In this document: piece after piece, positions 40,983 through 53,876 of the stretch
How the letters are laid out: the number at the start of each line of letters is the position of its first letter
Position numbering within the stretch: position 1 is the first letter of the stretch
Assembly (NCBI RefSeq): GCF_001194135.2
Contig: NC_069004.1
Coordinates: 9,372,255-9,436,254 of the forward strand
From: Octopus bimaculoides
Taxonomy: Eukaryota
Direction of reading: 5' to 3'
Length of the DNA: 64,000 bases
Program-made: the position numbers and the translations under genes
The notes under the pieces: model-generated
The model's input: the letters and a program-made list of their open reading frames with translations, nothing else
Database searches by the model: none
What the model was told of the DNA's origin: nothing

Positions 40983-41304
40983 AGACGTTGGATAAATGTC
41001 AATTCATTACGGCTGTTTCTTACTCATTTTATTAGATGAATGTGTACATTACATCACAGCAAAAACCGTATTCATCAGACGATACATATAATTTTAAAAC
41101 AATAGACGAACACTCCATGAACACGAAGTTGACCCGGCGGGCCAATAGGCGTGTCCCCACTGCGTTCATGGAGTGTTCGTCTATTGTTTTGAAATTATAT
41201 GTATCATCTGATGAATACGGTTTTTTGCAGTGATGTAATGTACACATTCATCTAATAAAATGAGTAAGAAACAGCCGTAATGAACTGACATTTATCTATC
41301 GTCT
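40983..41304. repeat. Long near-perfect inverted repeat (foldback), ~135-bp arms, 41-nt loop
   Basis: 40991-41122 is the reverse complement of 41164-41296 with about 5 differences. The mirror-image ORFs 41032..41247(-) and 41036..41233(+) reflect this. Confidence 0.97.
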
Positions 41305-41424
41305 GTTTTTATCCATTTACTTACAATACACCAAAGGGAATCATGACGAGTCGGACATCCTAGAGTATACCAAGCTACGTATGATCAACACAACGTATGC
41401 TTTGGGCCTATCATTATTTTTATT

Positions 41425-41852
41425 AAGGTGGCGAGCTGGCAGAAACGTTAGCACGCCGGGCGAAATGCTTAGCGGTATTTCGTCTGCCGTTACGTTCTGA
41501 GTTCAAATTCCGCCGATGTCGACTTTTCCTTTCATCCTTTCAGGGTCGATAAATTAAGTACCAGTTACACACTGGGTCGATGTAATCGACTTAATCCCTT
41601 TGTCTGTCCTTGTTTGTCCCCTCTATCTTTAGCCCCTTGTGGGCAATAAAGAAATAAGAAACGTTAGCACGCCGGGCGAAATGCTTAGCGGTATTTCGTC
41701 TGCAGCTACGTTCTGAGTTCAAATTTTGCCGAGGTCGACTTCGTCTTTTACCCTTTCGCGGTCGATGAGATAAGTACCAGTTACGCACTGGGGTCGATAT
41801 AATCAACCCCCTTCCCTCAAAATTTTCAAGGCCTTGTGCCAAGAGTAGAAAT
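41425..41852 (+). mobile_element. SINE family A (tRNA-like head, GGGTCGATAAATTAAGTACCAG core): full copy plus tandem head-truncated copy
   Basis: Highly recurrent in the window: cluster 2450-3445, 6265-6480, 18430-18630, 22610-23060(-), 27545-27830(-), 37545-37885, 45360-45475. Ends in (AAT)n. Confidence 0.85.
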
Positions 41853-42209
41853 AATAATAATAATAATAATAATAATTACTACTACTACTACTACTACTAT
41901 ATATAGTTGTTTGGCAACTGGAGATGTGAAACTTCAATTTGAACGAAATTTGAACTTTCGGCGCAATGAATATATTGTGATACTCTACAGCCTGTGTGGA
42001 GTGCTTTATTTTGTTTTTATCTTCTTATTTACATTGACGCTTTCGCATTTAAATGTTCACACAACAACAAACACGAATACATACACTCAAACACGCACAC
42101 TCCCCCCTCTCCTCCTTCCTCTCTCTCTCACACACACATACACACATGCACACACACACACACACACCTTTAACTACATTCCTCCTCTTCTTTTTTTTTT
42201 CTAATCCAG

Positions 42210-42626
42210 CCAACATCCATTGAATTCCTCGACCTTAAGAAAGACCGGAGCCGTTTTCCTGGTTTAGATAAAATCTTAGAAAATCGCTTGGACTGGAAAT
42301 GGATTTTTGGCAAGACTCCAACTTTTACTTTGGATCGTCATTTCATCACACACTGCTACCAATCCAGAGAGACTTGCTTAAGGATCCACTGTAAAATTCA
42401 AGATGGCTGCATTAACACGTTAGATATCCAGTTATCTCCCTTAGACCAAAAACTTGATAGACTCGCTTCCTCAACAAAAAATGCTTTACTGACAGAAAGA
42501 CTTAGCGGAAAACATTTACAACCAGTTTTTGAAAGACTGCGTCAGAATTTTTCTGAAGTCAAGGAAATATCACCACATCTTTTAGATTGGTTTTTAAATA
42601 GCTTATGGGTGACTTTTTTTGGTTGA
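42210..42626 (+). CDS. LIPT1: LIPT1 coding exon 4 (PTSIEFLDLKKDRSRFPGLDKILENRLDWKWIFGKTPTF...FFG*)
   Basis: Acceptor ttttctaatccag|; in frame with ORF 42288..42626. FPG...W-x-WIFGKTP-x-F motif of the C-terminal domain. Spliced CDS is 1206 nt = 401 aa plus stop. Confidence 0.92.
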   Translation, partial: PTSIEFLDLKKDRSRFPGLDKILENRLDWKWIFGKTPTFTLDRHFITHCYQSRETCLRIHCKIQDGCINTLDIQLSPLDQKLDRLASSTKNALLTERLSGKHLQPVFERLRQNFSEVKEISPHLLDWFLNSLWVTFFG

Positions 42627-43049
42627 AATTCTCGTTATTGTTGACATAATGATGCGGCAAACTTCCTCGACGAGTTGGATAAACAAAATTTGTTTGCACA
42701 GTTAACACTGCCATGTGCCGGTTTCCGTGTGTCTCCAACGTTCACACTGTGTTAAACGATGTGTGTGTGTTGTGTGGAGACGTGGGTTGTTGATAGAAAG
42801 GCTATAAAATCATTAAAATCGGAAGTGTGAAAAAGTAGACGTTGAAAATATGATAATATAACGATATGGTGTGCTGTATGATTATATTTTTCGAACCTTC
42901 TGTTTTTCATTGTGGACCAGCATTGATGAGCTGATTGACTGTAGTTCTATGATACAGGAAGTAATGGCTGCATGCTGTGTATCACTGCAGGGCACCTCGT
43001 GCAAGCTCTCTTGCGCTGTACCCCACCCCTCCTCCCCTGCAGACCAGAG

Positions 43050-43209
43050 ACTCCACAATGGATTATGGTAGACAGAAGCTGAAAGAAGTCTGTAATGTGA
43101 GGGCGTTTGTGCTTCATTGTCTTGACATTGCTTGGCAGTGCCCCCCCTCTCCCCACTAAATCTTTAATGGTCTCTCAGGGGTCATGTGGACCCCAGTTGA
43201 GAACCACTG
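43050..43209. mobile_element. hAT-Charlie-type terminus (single end)
   Basis: Ends gttgagaaccactg, the reverse complement of CAGTGGTTCTCAAC, a typical Charlie TIR. The partner end was not found. Confidence 0.5.
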
Positions 43210-46200
43210 CTTTAGAGAGAAATAAAACAACAAATTTCAAAACATCCTAATAAAGAAAATATAAATATTACTTCACAGCTTTATATTTGTCTCTTACAAA
43301 TATTGTGTGTGTGTGTGTGGATTTACATTTTACTGGTTCCAATAATTGGATCCTGACCATACTGGATCATCATCACCTTGAAGGTTTTTAATTGATTACT
43401 ACAACCCCTGTAATTGTTGTAAATCTGATTCTTATTTTTATTGACCCATATATATCAAACACAACAGAACATAAAGGTACAACACAATATAAACACAACA
43501 TCATGATTTAAAAAATATTTATTTAGTCAGGAGGGGAGGCATTTCCCAGAATTCTTTGCAGCAGAATAGGTGTCTGGTGGATATCCTCAAACTGGAGACT
43601 TGGCTTGAATGGCCTGAATGCTTATAATAGTGTGGCCTCCACTGAAGACAATGATGGTGTCAGGTGGGAGTGTTAAACTGTGATGGATGGAATCTACCAT
43701 ATTTGGATTTGAACTTAGAATGCATAGAGCCAGAAGAAATATATCACAGCATCCACTACATTGTGTATATTAATATGTACCATCATCATCATCATTTAGT
43801 ATCTGTTGTCCATGCTTGGATGGTTTGACCAAGGTTGCACCAGACCACAATCTGATTGTGTGTGTGTGTGTGTGTGTATGTGTATTGGATTACCAGATAA
43901 ATTACTTCATTTTTTTCTTACTTTATTCCTTTCTGATATTATTTGAATTAATATGGAAAGTATTTTTATTGCAGAGCAAGAACAGGGCTAGAAATAAGCA
44001 TAAAACACTCCAACTTTTTAAAATCGTTTTTGAATAAATTTTATCTGCTTTCAGAGATATGATGATGATGGGAGTGCCAAGTAGAAAAAAAATGACTGAA
44101 TTTGTTTGACAACACAGTGTGTGTGTATTAGTGTATAAGAGAATGACCTTTTATATAATAAAAACTAAATCAAACCTTTCAATAAACAGATCAATAAGAT
44201 AAGTTCCGAACTAAACTTGTAAGTTCAATGTCATTGACTAAAACCTCTTTAAGACAGTGTCTCCTCAATTTGTTGCTACTGTTTTTGTCGACAGGTCGTA
44301 TCCTTGGCTGAGACCCTAAACTGTTAATGGCCCAGTTCACTTGGTTGTAAATAGATAACCATTGCATAATGTATTATCTAGTTCAATGCTCTGTCCTTAT
44401 TTAAAACACTCAACTGATAGCAGCCTATATACTTTATTGTAAGTAGATGGTACATTGTAGTAGATAGTTTACTGGCTTAGATTTTTGTTATGATGCTTAA
44501 TTGTACTTAGAGTTGTGAGTGGATGCCATGATGTAGTGTAGAGTTCAGTGTTTTGTCCTTGACTAAGACACTTACACTTAACCAATAACAACTCACTTCA
44601 CCCTGTGCACTTAGTTGCATGTACCACTGAATGGTTTAGTTCACTGTATTATAGTGTAGTACATAGTACACTGTGAATGTATGTGGCTTAGTGGTTAGGG
44701 TATTTGGCTTAAGGTTGTAGGGTCATGAGTTCAACTCCTGGTGGTGCATTGTGTCCTTGAGCAAGACACTTTATTTCACGTTGCTCCAATTCACTCAGCT
44801 GGCAAAAATGAGTAGTACTTGTAATTCAAAGGGCCAGCCTTGTCACGTTTTGTGTCGCACTGAATTTCCCTGGGAATTACATTAAAGATATATGTATCTG
44901 TGGAGTGCTCAGCCACTTGGATGTTAATTTCATAAGCAGGCTGTTCCATTGATCGGATCAGCTGGAACCCTTGTCATCGTAACTGACAGAGTGCCAGTTA
45001 AAGTACACTGACACAGGGCCTTAACTGCTACCAACTCTGTTCCCTAGCTCAGAGTCTTCATTATTAACTGCTCAGTCCACTAAGTTGTAAGTAGGTGCTA
45101 CAATATGGTATAATTCATACTTTTATGTCCATGGCCAGCACACTTAGCTCAGTCCACCTATCTGTATACAGGTACCCTTTTACAATACAGTTGTATATTT
45201 TACCTTATTACCTATTAGAATAGTTTTATCCTAATAGTTGTAAACACACCCTGTATGTAGGTACCCCATAACGATCTAGTTAGTTCTTTATACTGATTCC
45301 ATGGCCAATACACTTAACTCAGATAACTGAACCCATCTATTGGTAATTATATATCACATTTAAGGCAGCAAGCTGGGCAAAATGCTTAGTGGTATTTCGT
45401 CTGTCTTTACGTTCTGAGTTCAAATTCTGCCGAGGTTGACTTTGTCTTTCATCCTTTCGGGGTCGATGAGATAAGCACATATATATATGACAGGCTTCTT
45501 TCAGTTTCCATCTACCAAATTCACTCACAAGGCTTTGGTCAGCCCGAGACTATAGTAGAAGACACACACCCAAGGTGCCACACAGTGGGACTGAACCCGG
45601 AACCATATGGCTGGTAGGCAAGCTACTTACCACACAGCCACTCCTGGCATATATATATATATATATGTATATTCATTCAACTTATGATTCACTCCTTTAC
45701 TTCTGAGAGTCTCTTAATGTTTCTTACTCTGTGATCATCATTTAGCCAACAAAGAGATAAAAAGCTTCTACTTAAAAAAGAAAAAAGAGAGAGTTTTTGT
45801 TGTTAATAAAGAAAAACCTTGAGAAAAGTCACACCTAAACATGTAACACTCCTGGCTTTTGAAATTTGCCTATAAAAATATAAATAGATAAATTTTTAGC
45901 AACTATAGGGAGTGGTGTGAGATATTTTGGCTTGAAATCCAGTCAAAAACGCCCTTTTTTTTTTTTCAGTCACATCCTTCTCATCTGTGAACAATCATTA
46001 TCGTGGCATTTTCCAGCTAAACGTTGACCAATAACTTTGTATAAAACCACTTTTTGTTATTCACCTTCAAAGCCAAAAAAAAAAAAAGAAAAAGAAACCA
46101 AAACCAATCACAAAAAGACCTAACCAACCTGAACTGCGTCCTACTTTTCCATAATAGATATTTTATGGGATTGTCAAAAAGTATTAGATTACAATTAGAG

Positions 46201-46379
46201 AACAGAGATATCACATGCAACAATGAGGTTTACCATGACAAAAGTTGTGTAATACTATGAGCAATTAGTTAAGGAAGAAGAAAAAGAGAAAGACGTTTAT
46301 ATTCGTGAATCTGTTGTACATGAAATGCTGGTAACTAGAATAGCAATAGAAAGTGGATTCATGATCGTTCACACATATA

Positions 46380-46609
46380 TTGGGTTGGTGCATAATAATT
46401 GTGACTTTTTTTTCAACAAATTTTGTTCAACAAATACAATAACAACATGTAACAAAAACATCTTTAAATGATTATTCCGGAGCATATTCACCATCTACTT
46501 CAATTACTGCTTCCCATTTGCTTGGCAGACGTTCAGACCGTCATTTAAAGATGCTTTTGTTGAATAAAATTTGTTGAAAAAAAGCCGCAATAATTATGCA
46601 CCAACCCAA
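46380..46609 (-). mobile_element. Mariner-derived MITE / internal deletion derivative, 230 bp
   Basis: TIRs TTGGGTTGGTGCATAAT(A/T)ATT... at both ends, flanked by TA. The interior minus strand encodes a transposase end (...LPSKWEAVIEVDGEYAPE*). Confidence 0.85.
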
Positions 46610-46686
46610 TATATCTCGTGAACCCATAACATTCAATAATAAACCAATATTGACAGTTGTCAGTTTTATTGTAATCAAAGAAAGTG

Positions 46687-46817
46687 TCAATTACTGCTTC
46701 CCATTTGCTTGGCAGACGTTTAGACCGTCATTTAAATATGTTTTTGTTAAATATTATTGTTTACGTTGAATAAAATTTGTTGAAAAAAAAAGCTGCTATA
46801 ATTATGCACCAACCCAA
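46687..46817 (-). mobile_element. Partial second copy of the same mariner element (right half and one TIR)
   Basis: Near-identical to 46499-46609, with a short insertion; ends ...ATGCACCAACCCAA-TA. Confidence 0.8.
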
Positions 46818-47864
46818 TATATAGTGAGTTACATATGTAAAACTGGCTTCTAAACTGGCTATATCTGACCAAAATATTTTGCCCGTTTTATGTTCAAACT
46901 GGCCTTGTCTAGCCTCTCACATCTGCTCAACAAGATCATTCTTATAATAAAGAATCACATCATTGAAATCTGAAAGCCACAAGATAATGCATGATTAATT
47001 CAAAACAATATGAATGAATAAACATTACATTTGAAAGACAAATCTGAATGTTGAAGGGTTAAAAAATATGTTGTGCTATTATGTGATTTTGTATCTTGTA
47101 CATCTCTTCTTCTTTATGGCCCTGAGCCAACCAAGGCTTCCTGAGGGGATTTGGTAAACAAAAACTGAAAGAAACTAGTGTGTGTGTTTCTGTCTCCTCT
47201 TCACATGCATGCACAATATACTGACAGGCTTGTGTGGTTCAGGAGTTTGGTTTCCTACAGGTTCAATTCCACAGCATGGTATGACACCTTTGGCAGGTGT
47301 CTTCTACCATAGTCTCAGGTTAACTAAAATCTTGTGAGATTTGGTTGACAGAAACTGAAAGAAGCCTTACATGTTTGTGTCTCCCTGTCTTGATGTCGCA
47401 TGGAACTTGTAAATGAATTTCACTATCATTCAGACCGAGTCAGTCATTTCCAATCTTCCAAAAATTCCTGTCTGGCCAAGGGGAAATTTTACCTTGCTTG
47501 GAGTCAATTCATGGCAATGGTTGATGGTCAGAAGGGCATCCGTCTGCAGAAAATCTACCTCAATGAATTCTATGTCCAACCATTGCAAGCATGGGAAAGT
47601 AGATTCTGTGATCATTTCATCATCTGACATGTGGCACGCGATGCACCTGTACTGATAACATCGATTTGATGGAGGGAGTCAGCTTATGTGAACACAAACA
47701 CTTGATCACTATAAACAAACCAGTTGTGTGGTTGTTCGCCAAGAAATTGCTGAACTTTCATACGTCGTCTAACAACGCCCGGTCTGGGATTCGAAACCGC
47801 AATCCTATGACCACGAGTCCGCTGCCCTAACCACTGGGCCATTGCGCCTCCACTCATAATGTAC

Positions 47865-48015
47865 AATCTGTGCATAAACACACAGTTCACTCGCTTCATA
47901 CCTGAAGCAATGTCTCAGCTCCGTTTTCATGCAGCTTGAAACGCTGTCTTTGGAAGCACACATCTGTGCGAGCAGCTGTTCTCTGTGATGAAGATGAATA
48001 AAACAACACATAGGA
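47865..48015 (+). mobile_element. hAT (SPIN/GTF2IRD2/Charlie-like) transposase C-terminal remnant
   Basis: VFGSTHLCEQLFSVMKMNKTTHRSR matches the hAT dimerisation motif FGSTY-x-CE-x-x-FS-x-MK. Confidence 0.75.
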
Positions 48016-48395
48016 GTCGTATAAGAGAACAAAACGAATATCCTACCCCTGCCCTACCCATACCTACTACCCTGCCATTCCTCTCACCCCACCCCAATAT
48101 CCTTCTCACCTTCACAACAACTTTACCTGAAGAAGTTTCCCATTTGGTACCGCCACTCTTATCATAACATTGTCCAGCCTCCAAGACCAACTGACCTTAT
48201 AACCCGTCTGACCACTTTCACTTTACACTGTCCTTGTAATGTTGGTTCATCCGAACAAACCCAACACCCCGCCCCATGTAATAAACCCCGCCCCGTGTAA
48301 TAACCTCCCCCTCTCCCCCACCTTCACTCACACTGTTGGCTGTACTCAGGCCAAACAATAGATTGATTGACCGTTACCATTTCAGAAGCTGATTG

Positions 48396-48444
<49 letters not shown>

Positions 48445-49276
48445 TCACCACTACTACTACTACTACTATTACTACGACCGTACCACTCTACCTTAATCAC
48501 ACTTTTGGGCTATCACATGCACTTTGCTATTTCCTCCCCCTCCTGAACACCCACGTGCACACGCACGCGCACACACACACTTTTCTACCCCCTACTCGAC
48601 TTAACCAACCCTGTTGTAAACAGTATAAAAAAATAATAACAAAACTATGAAAACGATAAACCAAACATCCAGAGTTGATGTTAAATGAGAAAATGTTTTG
48701 ACATCCATCTACGTTGATATTGATTATATTATTGGTATCATTTTGTCAGTTGTAATTATTTCTAATTATTATCATCATAGAATAAAGTGAGATGTCGTTG
48801 GCACGAATTGATCCCGTTGCTTGAATAAATAATTCGGCTTCAATTAGCGGAAGGTTTAACGGAAAATGAAACAATAGGCTACCAAGTTTTTTTTTTTTTA
48901 AGACAACCATGAATCAATGTTGATAGATCGGCTAAAAAGAACTGAGGTGGACCTCAGGTGAGTCGACAACTGTACTTTACTTCGGCTAGTTTGTTTATTT
49001 AAGACAGCGAGGTAGACGTGGCTGTATAATTGAGAAGCTTTGTTTCACTGATGCTTTGTTCTGAGTTCGATCATGCACAGCACTTTCAGAAACAAACAGA
49101 AAAAAAAATTGTTTTATTCATGGCGGTGTGACTAAGAAATTCGCCATCAGTCACTTGGTTTCGGCATCAGTCCCACAGCGCGGTAAATTGGACAAATGTC
49201 TTCTACTACAGCCCCGGGTTGACTAATGCCTTGTGAATGAATACGGTAGACAGAAACCGTATGGAAGCCTGTCGTA

Positions 49277-49650
49277 CAGTCGTCCTCAAAATTATTCATA
49301 GCTTTGTTAATTTTTGTGATGAAATGAATGCATTTTGTCAAGTTTGTTTATGAGTTATATGTGACCAATAAATGAAAGAATAGCAACAATACACAATTCA
49401 AGAAATTCTTTATTTCAAAGGTATTTTATTTATGGATTTTCAAAAAATGTCCTGTTCAAAATTATTCATATCTTCGGTTTACTGAGTCCAATATCTTTCT
49501 TTAATAGTCAATTGCATAGTCTTTGTTTTTTATGATTGCTTCTAGACGATTCTTGTGCGTGTCCACAAGTTTCCTGCATGTCTCCTGTGGGATGCTGGCC
49601 CACTCTTCTTTGGCGAAAGCCTCGAGCTGGGTCAGGTTGGTCGGCAAAGA
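49277..49650 (-). mobile_element. Tc1-family transposon 3' end with transposase C-terminal remnant
   Basis: PTNLTQLEAFAKEEWASIPQETCRKLVDTHKNRLEAIIKNKDYAIDY* matches the Tc1 C-terminus. End is TA|CAGTCGTCC; TCAAAATTATTCATA is repeated at about 49286 and about 49457 (IR/DR-type). Confidence 0.8.
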
Positions 49651-52442
49651 AAATCTGAAGAAGGAATTGTAATTCCGAAATATCATCGGACTATAGATAA
49701 CCAAATTACAACAGGTATATAGTCCACTTTTTGTTCTATAGTGCATTGTTGTACCATTCTAAACTTTTTATTCTTTACAAACAATACATAATGCTTCAAG
49801 CGAACTACAATACTCTCCTAATAATAATATATATANNNNNNNNNNNNNNNNNNNNNNNNNNNNNNNNNNNNNNNNNNNNNNNNNNNNNNNNNNNNNNNNN
49901 NNNNNNNNNNNNNNNNNNNNNNNNNNNNNNNNNNNNNNNNNNNNNNNNNNNNNNNNNNNNNNNNNNNNNNNNNNNNNNNNNNNNNNNNNNNNNNNNNNNN
50001 NNNNNNNNNNNNNNNNNNNNNNNNNNNNNNNNNNNNNNNNNNNNNNNNNNNNNNNNNNNNNNNNNNNNNNNNNTATATACTTACTTGGAAAAGTGTGTGT
50101 GTGTGTGTGTGTAGGATGGGCTTCTTTCATTTTCCGTCTAAGCCCACTCACAAGGCTTTGGTCGGCCAGACGCTATCGTAGACGACATTTGCCAAAAATG
50201 CCACGTAGTAGGATTGAACTCAGAACCATGTGGTTGGGAAGCAAGTTTCTTACCACACATCCACATAAATAGATAGATAGATAGATAGAATTTTCTCTCT
50301 CTTTCGCTGCAGTTTCTTTTTCACAATGAAGCATTCTTCCAAAATCAACCGACCAATCAACGGGTCCCATTCAGCTAACACACACTTAACAAAACAAGCT
50401 GGAAATACCAATAACAATACTTCCTATCCACTCACTATTCTTTTTCATTCATCTCAATTCCACTTTATCTTCTTCAACTTCACTCCACTTCACAAACAGA
50501 CGAGAGCAAGGAACACAGAGCATCCTGACGTAAGAAATGGCTGCCATCTTAACGAATGACGTCATAGAGACCGAGATAAATAAACAAACATTGTACTGTG
50601 TGTGTGTGTGTGTGCACATATATATAATCATCATCATCATCATCATCATCGTTTAACGTCCGCTTTCCATGCTAGCATGGGTTGNNNNNNNNNNCACACA
50701 CATCTATATATATATTTATCCATAATTTTTAACCACAATTTTTGATTTGCAGAGATTCTTAACCCCTTTTCAACTACATATATACATACAGTACAAGGAG
50801 TGCGTTGTGTTTCATAGATATTTCAAGGATTCTTATAAAAACATAACGATCGGGAAATCTAACAAAAAACACGGAAAATTTGAGAAAAACAGACACACGG
50901 AAAAAAAACCTTGAAATATTTTTATGTAACGCAATGTATTCCTCATATTTTTTTTACCCATTTGTAAAAGTATTCTTGGAATATTTTTTGTGCAATTCTC
51001 AAGTTTGTCTCTTTCCTTTTCTTTGTCTCTCTTTTTACCTTCCTTTCTGCCTATTTCTCTTTCTTTCCCTCCCTAATACTCTCCTCCGTTTCTTCTGTCC
51101 CTCTGCCCTCCACGACTCTCTTTCTCTCTCCTCCCACTATCATGTGACCCACGGCTGTCTAAGCCCCTGTCATTCTTTGTCATTTGGCCACCGACTTGGT
51201 TGGTCACGCTTCTTTGTGCTCCTTCACTTTTTCCTCCACGGTTTGTTTACTCCTTCCTTCGATCTGCCCTCCCTGTGTCTCCAGTCCTTTAGGACTTTTT
51301 CATTTCTTTTTGCGTTACTCATATTCATTTGTCTGATAGCCGTACGGTTTTTTTTGTTGTTGTTGTATATGTGTTATGACGTGGGTGTACACGTCTGGTG
51401 TAAAATGGCATTACACAAATGAATAGTTGGTTGTGTTTATCTAAAAATAACCTATCACAGAAATATATGTTAACACAGGACGCATTCCGTGCTCCTCGAA
51501 CGTAAGTACGATACTCAATATTCATTGTTTAACTATCGACTGTTAAACACACATCAAGCCAACACGGTCGAACTAACGCCGACAACTACTATTTCTTTTA
51601 CTTGGTACACATGCCATGATACAGAGGGGACAGCACAAGGACAGTCAGAACACCAGAGTGGGGACAAAAAACCATAAAACATGCGACAATCGCACGCTAC
51701 ACACCTACCTTCCAAGCACTGCTGTAAACAGCAAAAGTGTACTAAAACGTTAAAACCTAGTGCACATGCACTGCTGAGTCCAAGGTCAATCTGTGCCAAG
51801 CAGCTTTACTCTGCGTGGTTTAGTTTCGTTACTATGGCAACAAGTGTTCGGTCATATAATAATATAAATAATNNNNNNNNNNNNNNNNNNNNNNNNNNNN
51901 NNNNNNNNNNNNNNNNNNNNNNNNNNNNNNNNNNNNNNNNNNNNNNNNNNNNNNNNNNNNNNNNNNNNNNNNNNNNNNNNNNNNNNNNNNNNNNNNNNNN
52001 NNNNNNNNNNNNNNNNNNNNNNNNNNNNNNNNNNNNNNNNNNNNNNNNNNNNNNNNNNNNNNNNNNNNNNNNNNNNNNNNNNNNNATATATATATGCATA
52101 TATACATACATACATATATGTACATACCTACATATACATATGTATATATACATGCATATATGAGTACAGGACGTCAAAAAAAAAACCTGAACAAAATGAG
52201 AAATGAGAACATAACGAAAGAAACAAGTAGAGAAACGAGACAACATAAAGAACATTCTCTTCCTTTTCCTGTTTTTTTTTTTGGTCTATAACTCTCTGGG
52301 CGCAACTTTTTATGTTGTTTTTCTTTGCATTTGCCTTTCGTCCGCCACCTTTTATATTTCTGTCTACTTCGCACGATGTCCAACCGTCCGTGTTTTATTC
52401 CCCTTGTTCCAGTCGTGCTAATTTCTATCTTTCTATCCATCC

Positions 52443-52475
<33 letters not shown>

Positions 52476-52856
52476 CCTGTCTGTCTGCCAGTATGTATGT
52501 ATTTATGTACGTATGTTTGCGTGTGTATGTGTGTGCATGTGTGTTTGTGCAGGTGTGTGCGTGTGTGTGTATGCATGTTTCTCTTTAACTCTCTGCCTAT
52601 ATATCGAACTTATGTCACCGTCCATCACCATCACCACCACCACCACCACTACCACCACTACCACCACCACCACCACTACCACCTGTAGCAATAACACCCC
52701 CACCCTCATCTCCATTAAATACACTCTCCCTGCAAGCTCCAGAAATACCTAGGTAATACCTGGGTTATATAGCATGCGCATACGTCACAGATGGGATTAA
52801 AGTGATAGGGTAGAATCTGATAATTACTAGTAACTCGTACACACACACACATACAT

Positions 52857-52893
<37 letters not shown>

Positions 52894-53011
52894 TACACGT
52901 ACACATGCACGCACACACGTACGTAGACACGCATACACATGGAGGCACACAAACACCTTTCCCCGTCACTCACACTCACACAAACATGCACACAAATATA
53001 CAGACAGATAC

Positions 53012-53048
<37 letters not shown>

Positions 53049-53281
53049 ATTTGTATTTATGTGTGTGTGGTATATATATATATANNNNNNNNNNNNNNNN
53101 NNNNNNNNNNNNNNNNNNNNNNNNNNNNNNNNNNNNNNNNNNNNNNNNNNNNNNNNNNNNNNNNNNNNNNNNNNNNNNNNNNNNNNNNNNNNNNNNNNNN
53201 NNNNNNNNNNNNNNNNNNNNNNNNNNNNNNNNNNNNNNNNNNNNNNNNNNNNNNNNNNNNNNNNNNNNNNNNNNNNNNNNN

Positions 53282-53314
<33 letters not shown>

Positions 53315-53876
53315 ACACACACAAATACACATAGTCACACAGGCACACACATGTACTGACACACACAAACACATTCTTATACACTGAATATCTCAAACAC
53401 ACATACACACACACAACAGCAAGCGCACAAAAACACACAAACACATTCACACACACTCGCTAGTTTACACACACACCCACACACACACAAACATACGCAC
53501 ACCCACACGCACTCACTCACTCACACATACATTCATGCACACACACTTGCACCCCGCTCTCACAAGACTAGGTTGCATGTCTAGGCAGCCACCCGACCAG
53601 CATTACGGGTGCAGTAAAAGAATTCTTGCCATTCTTTTGAGGTAAACAACATCACAGGTGTTATGGAATGTTGTTCGTGTTGGTACACTTGGAATCGCCA
53701 ACTTGGAATCCGGATCAACAGAAGGGAAATTCTTTAGGTCTTCCTGGTTTGTCGTCGAAATTCGATAATAACCACCCGGCTTCGCCATTCCCAGAAGCCA
53801 ATGGTAAGATCTTTGCGGGTGGAATGTACCCGTCTTGGAGTCACAGACATTCTACAGCAGGTGAGGTATCTGTAGG

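Noticed and set aside
47772-47851. tRNA-like sequence with A/B boxes on the minus strand
   Set aside because: It continues into the family-C SINE body and lacks a proper acceptor stem, so it is a SINE head rather than a tRNA gene.
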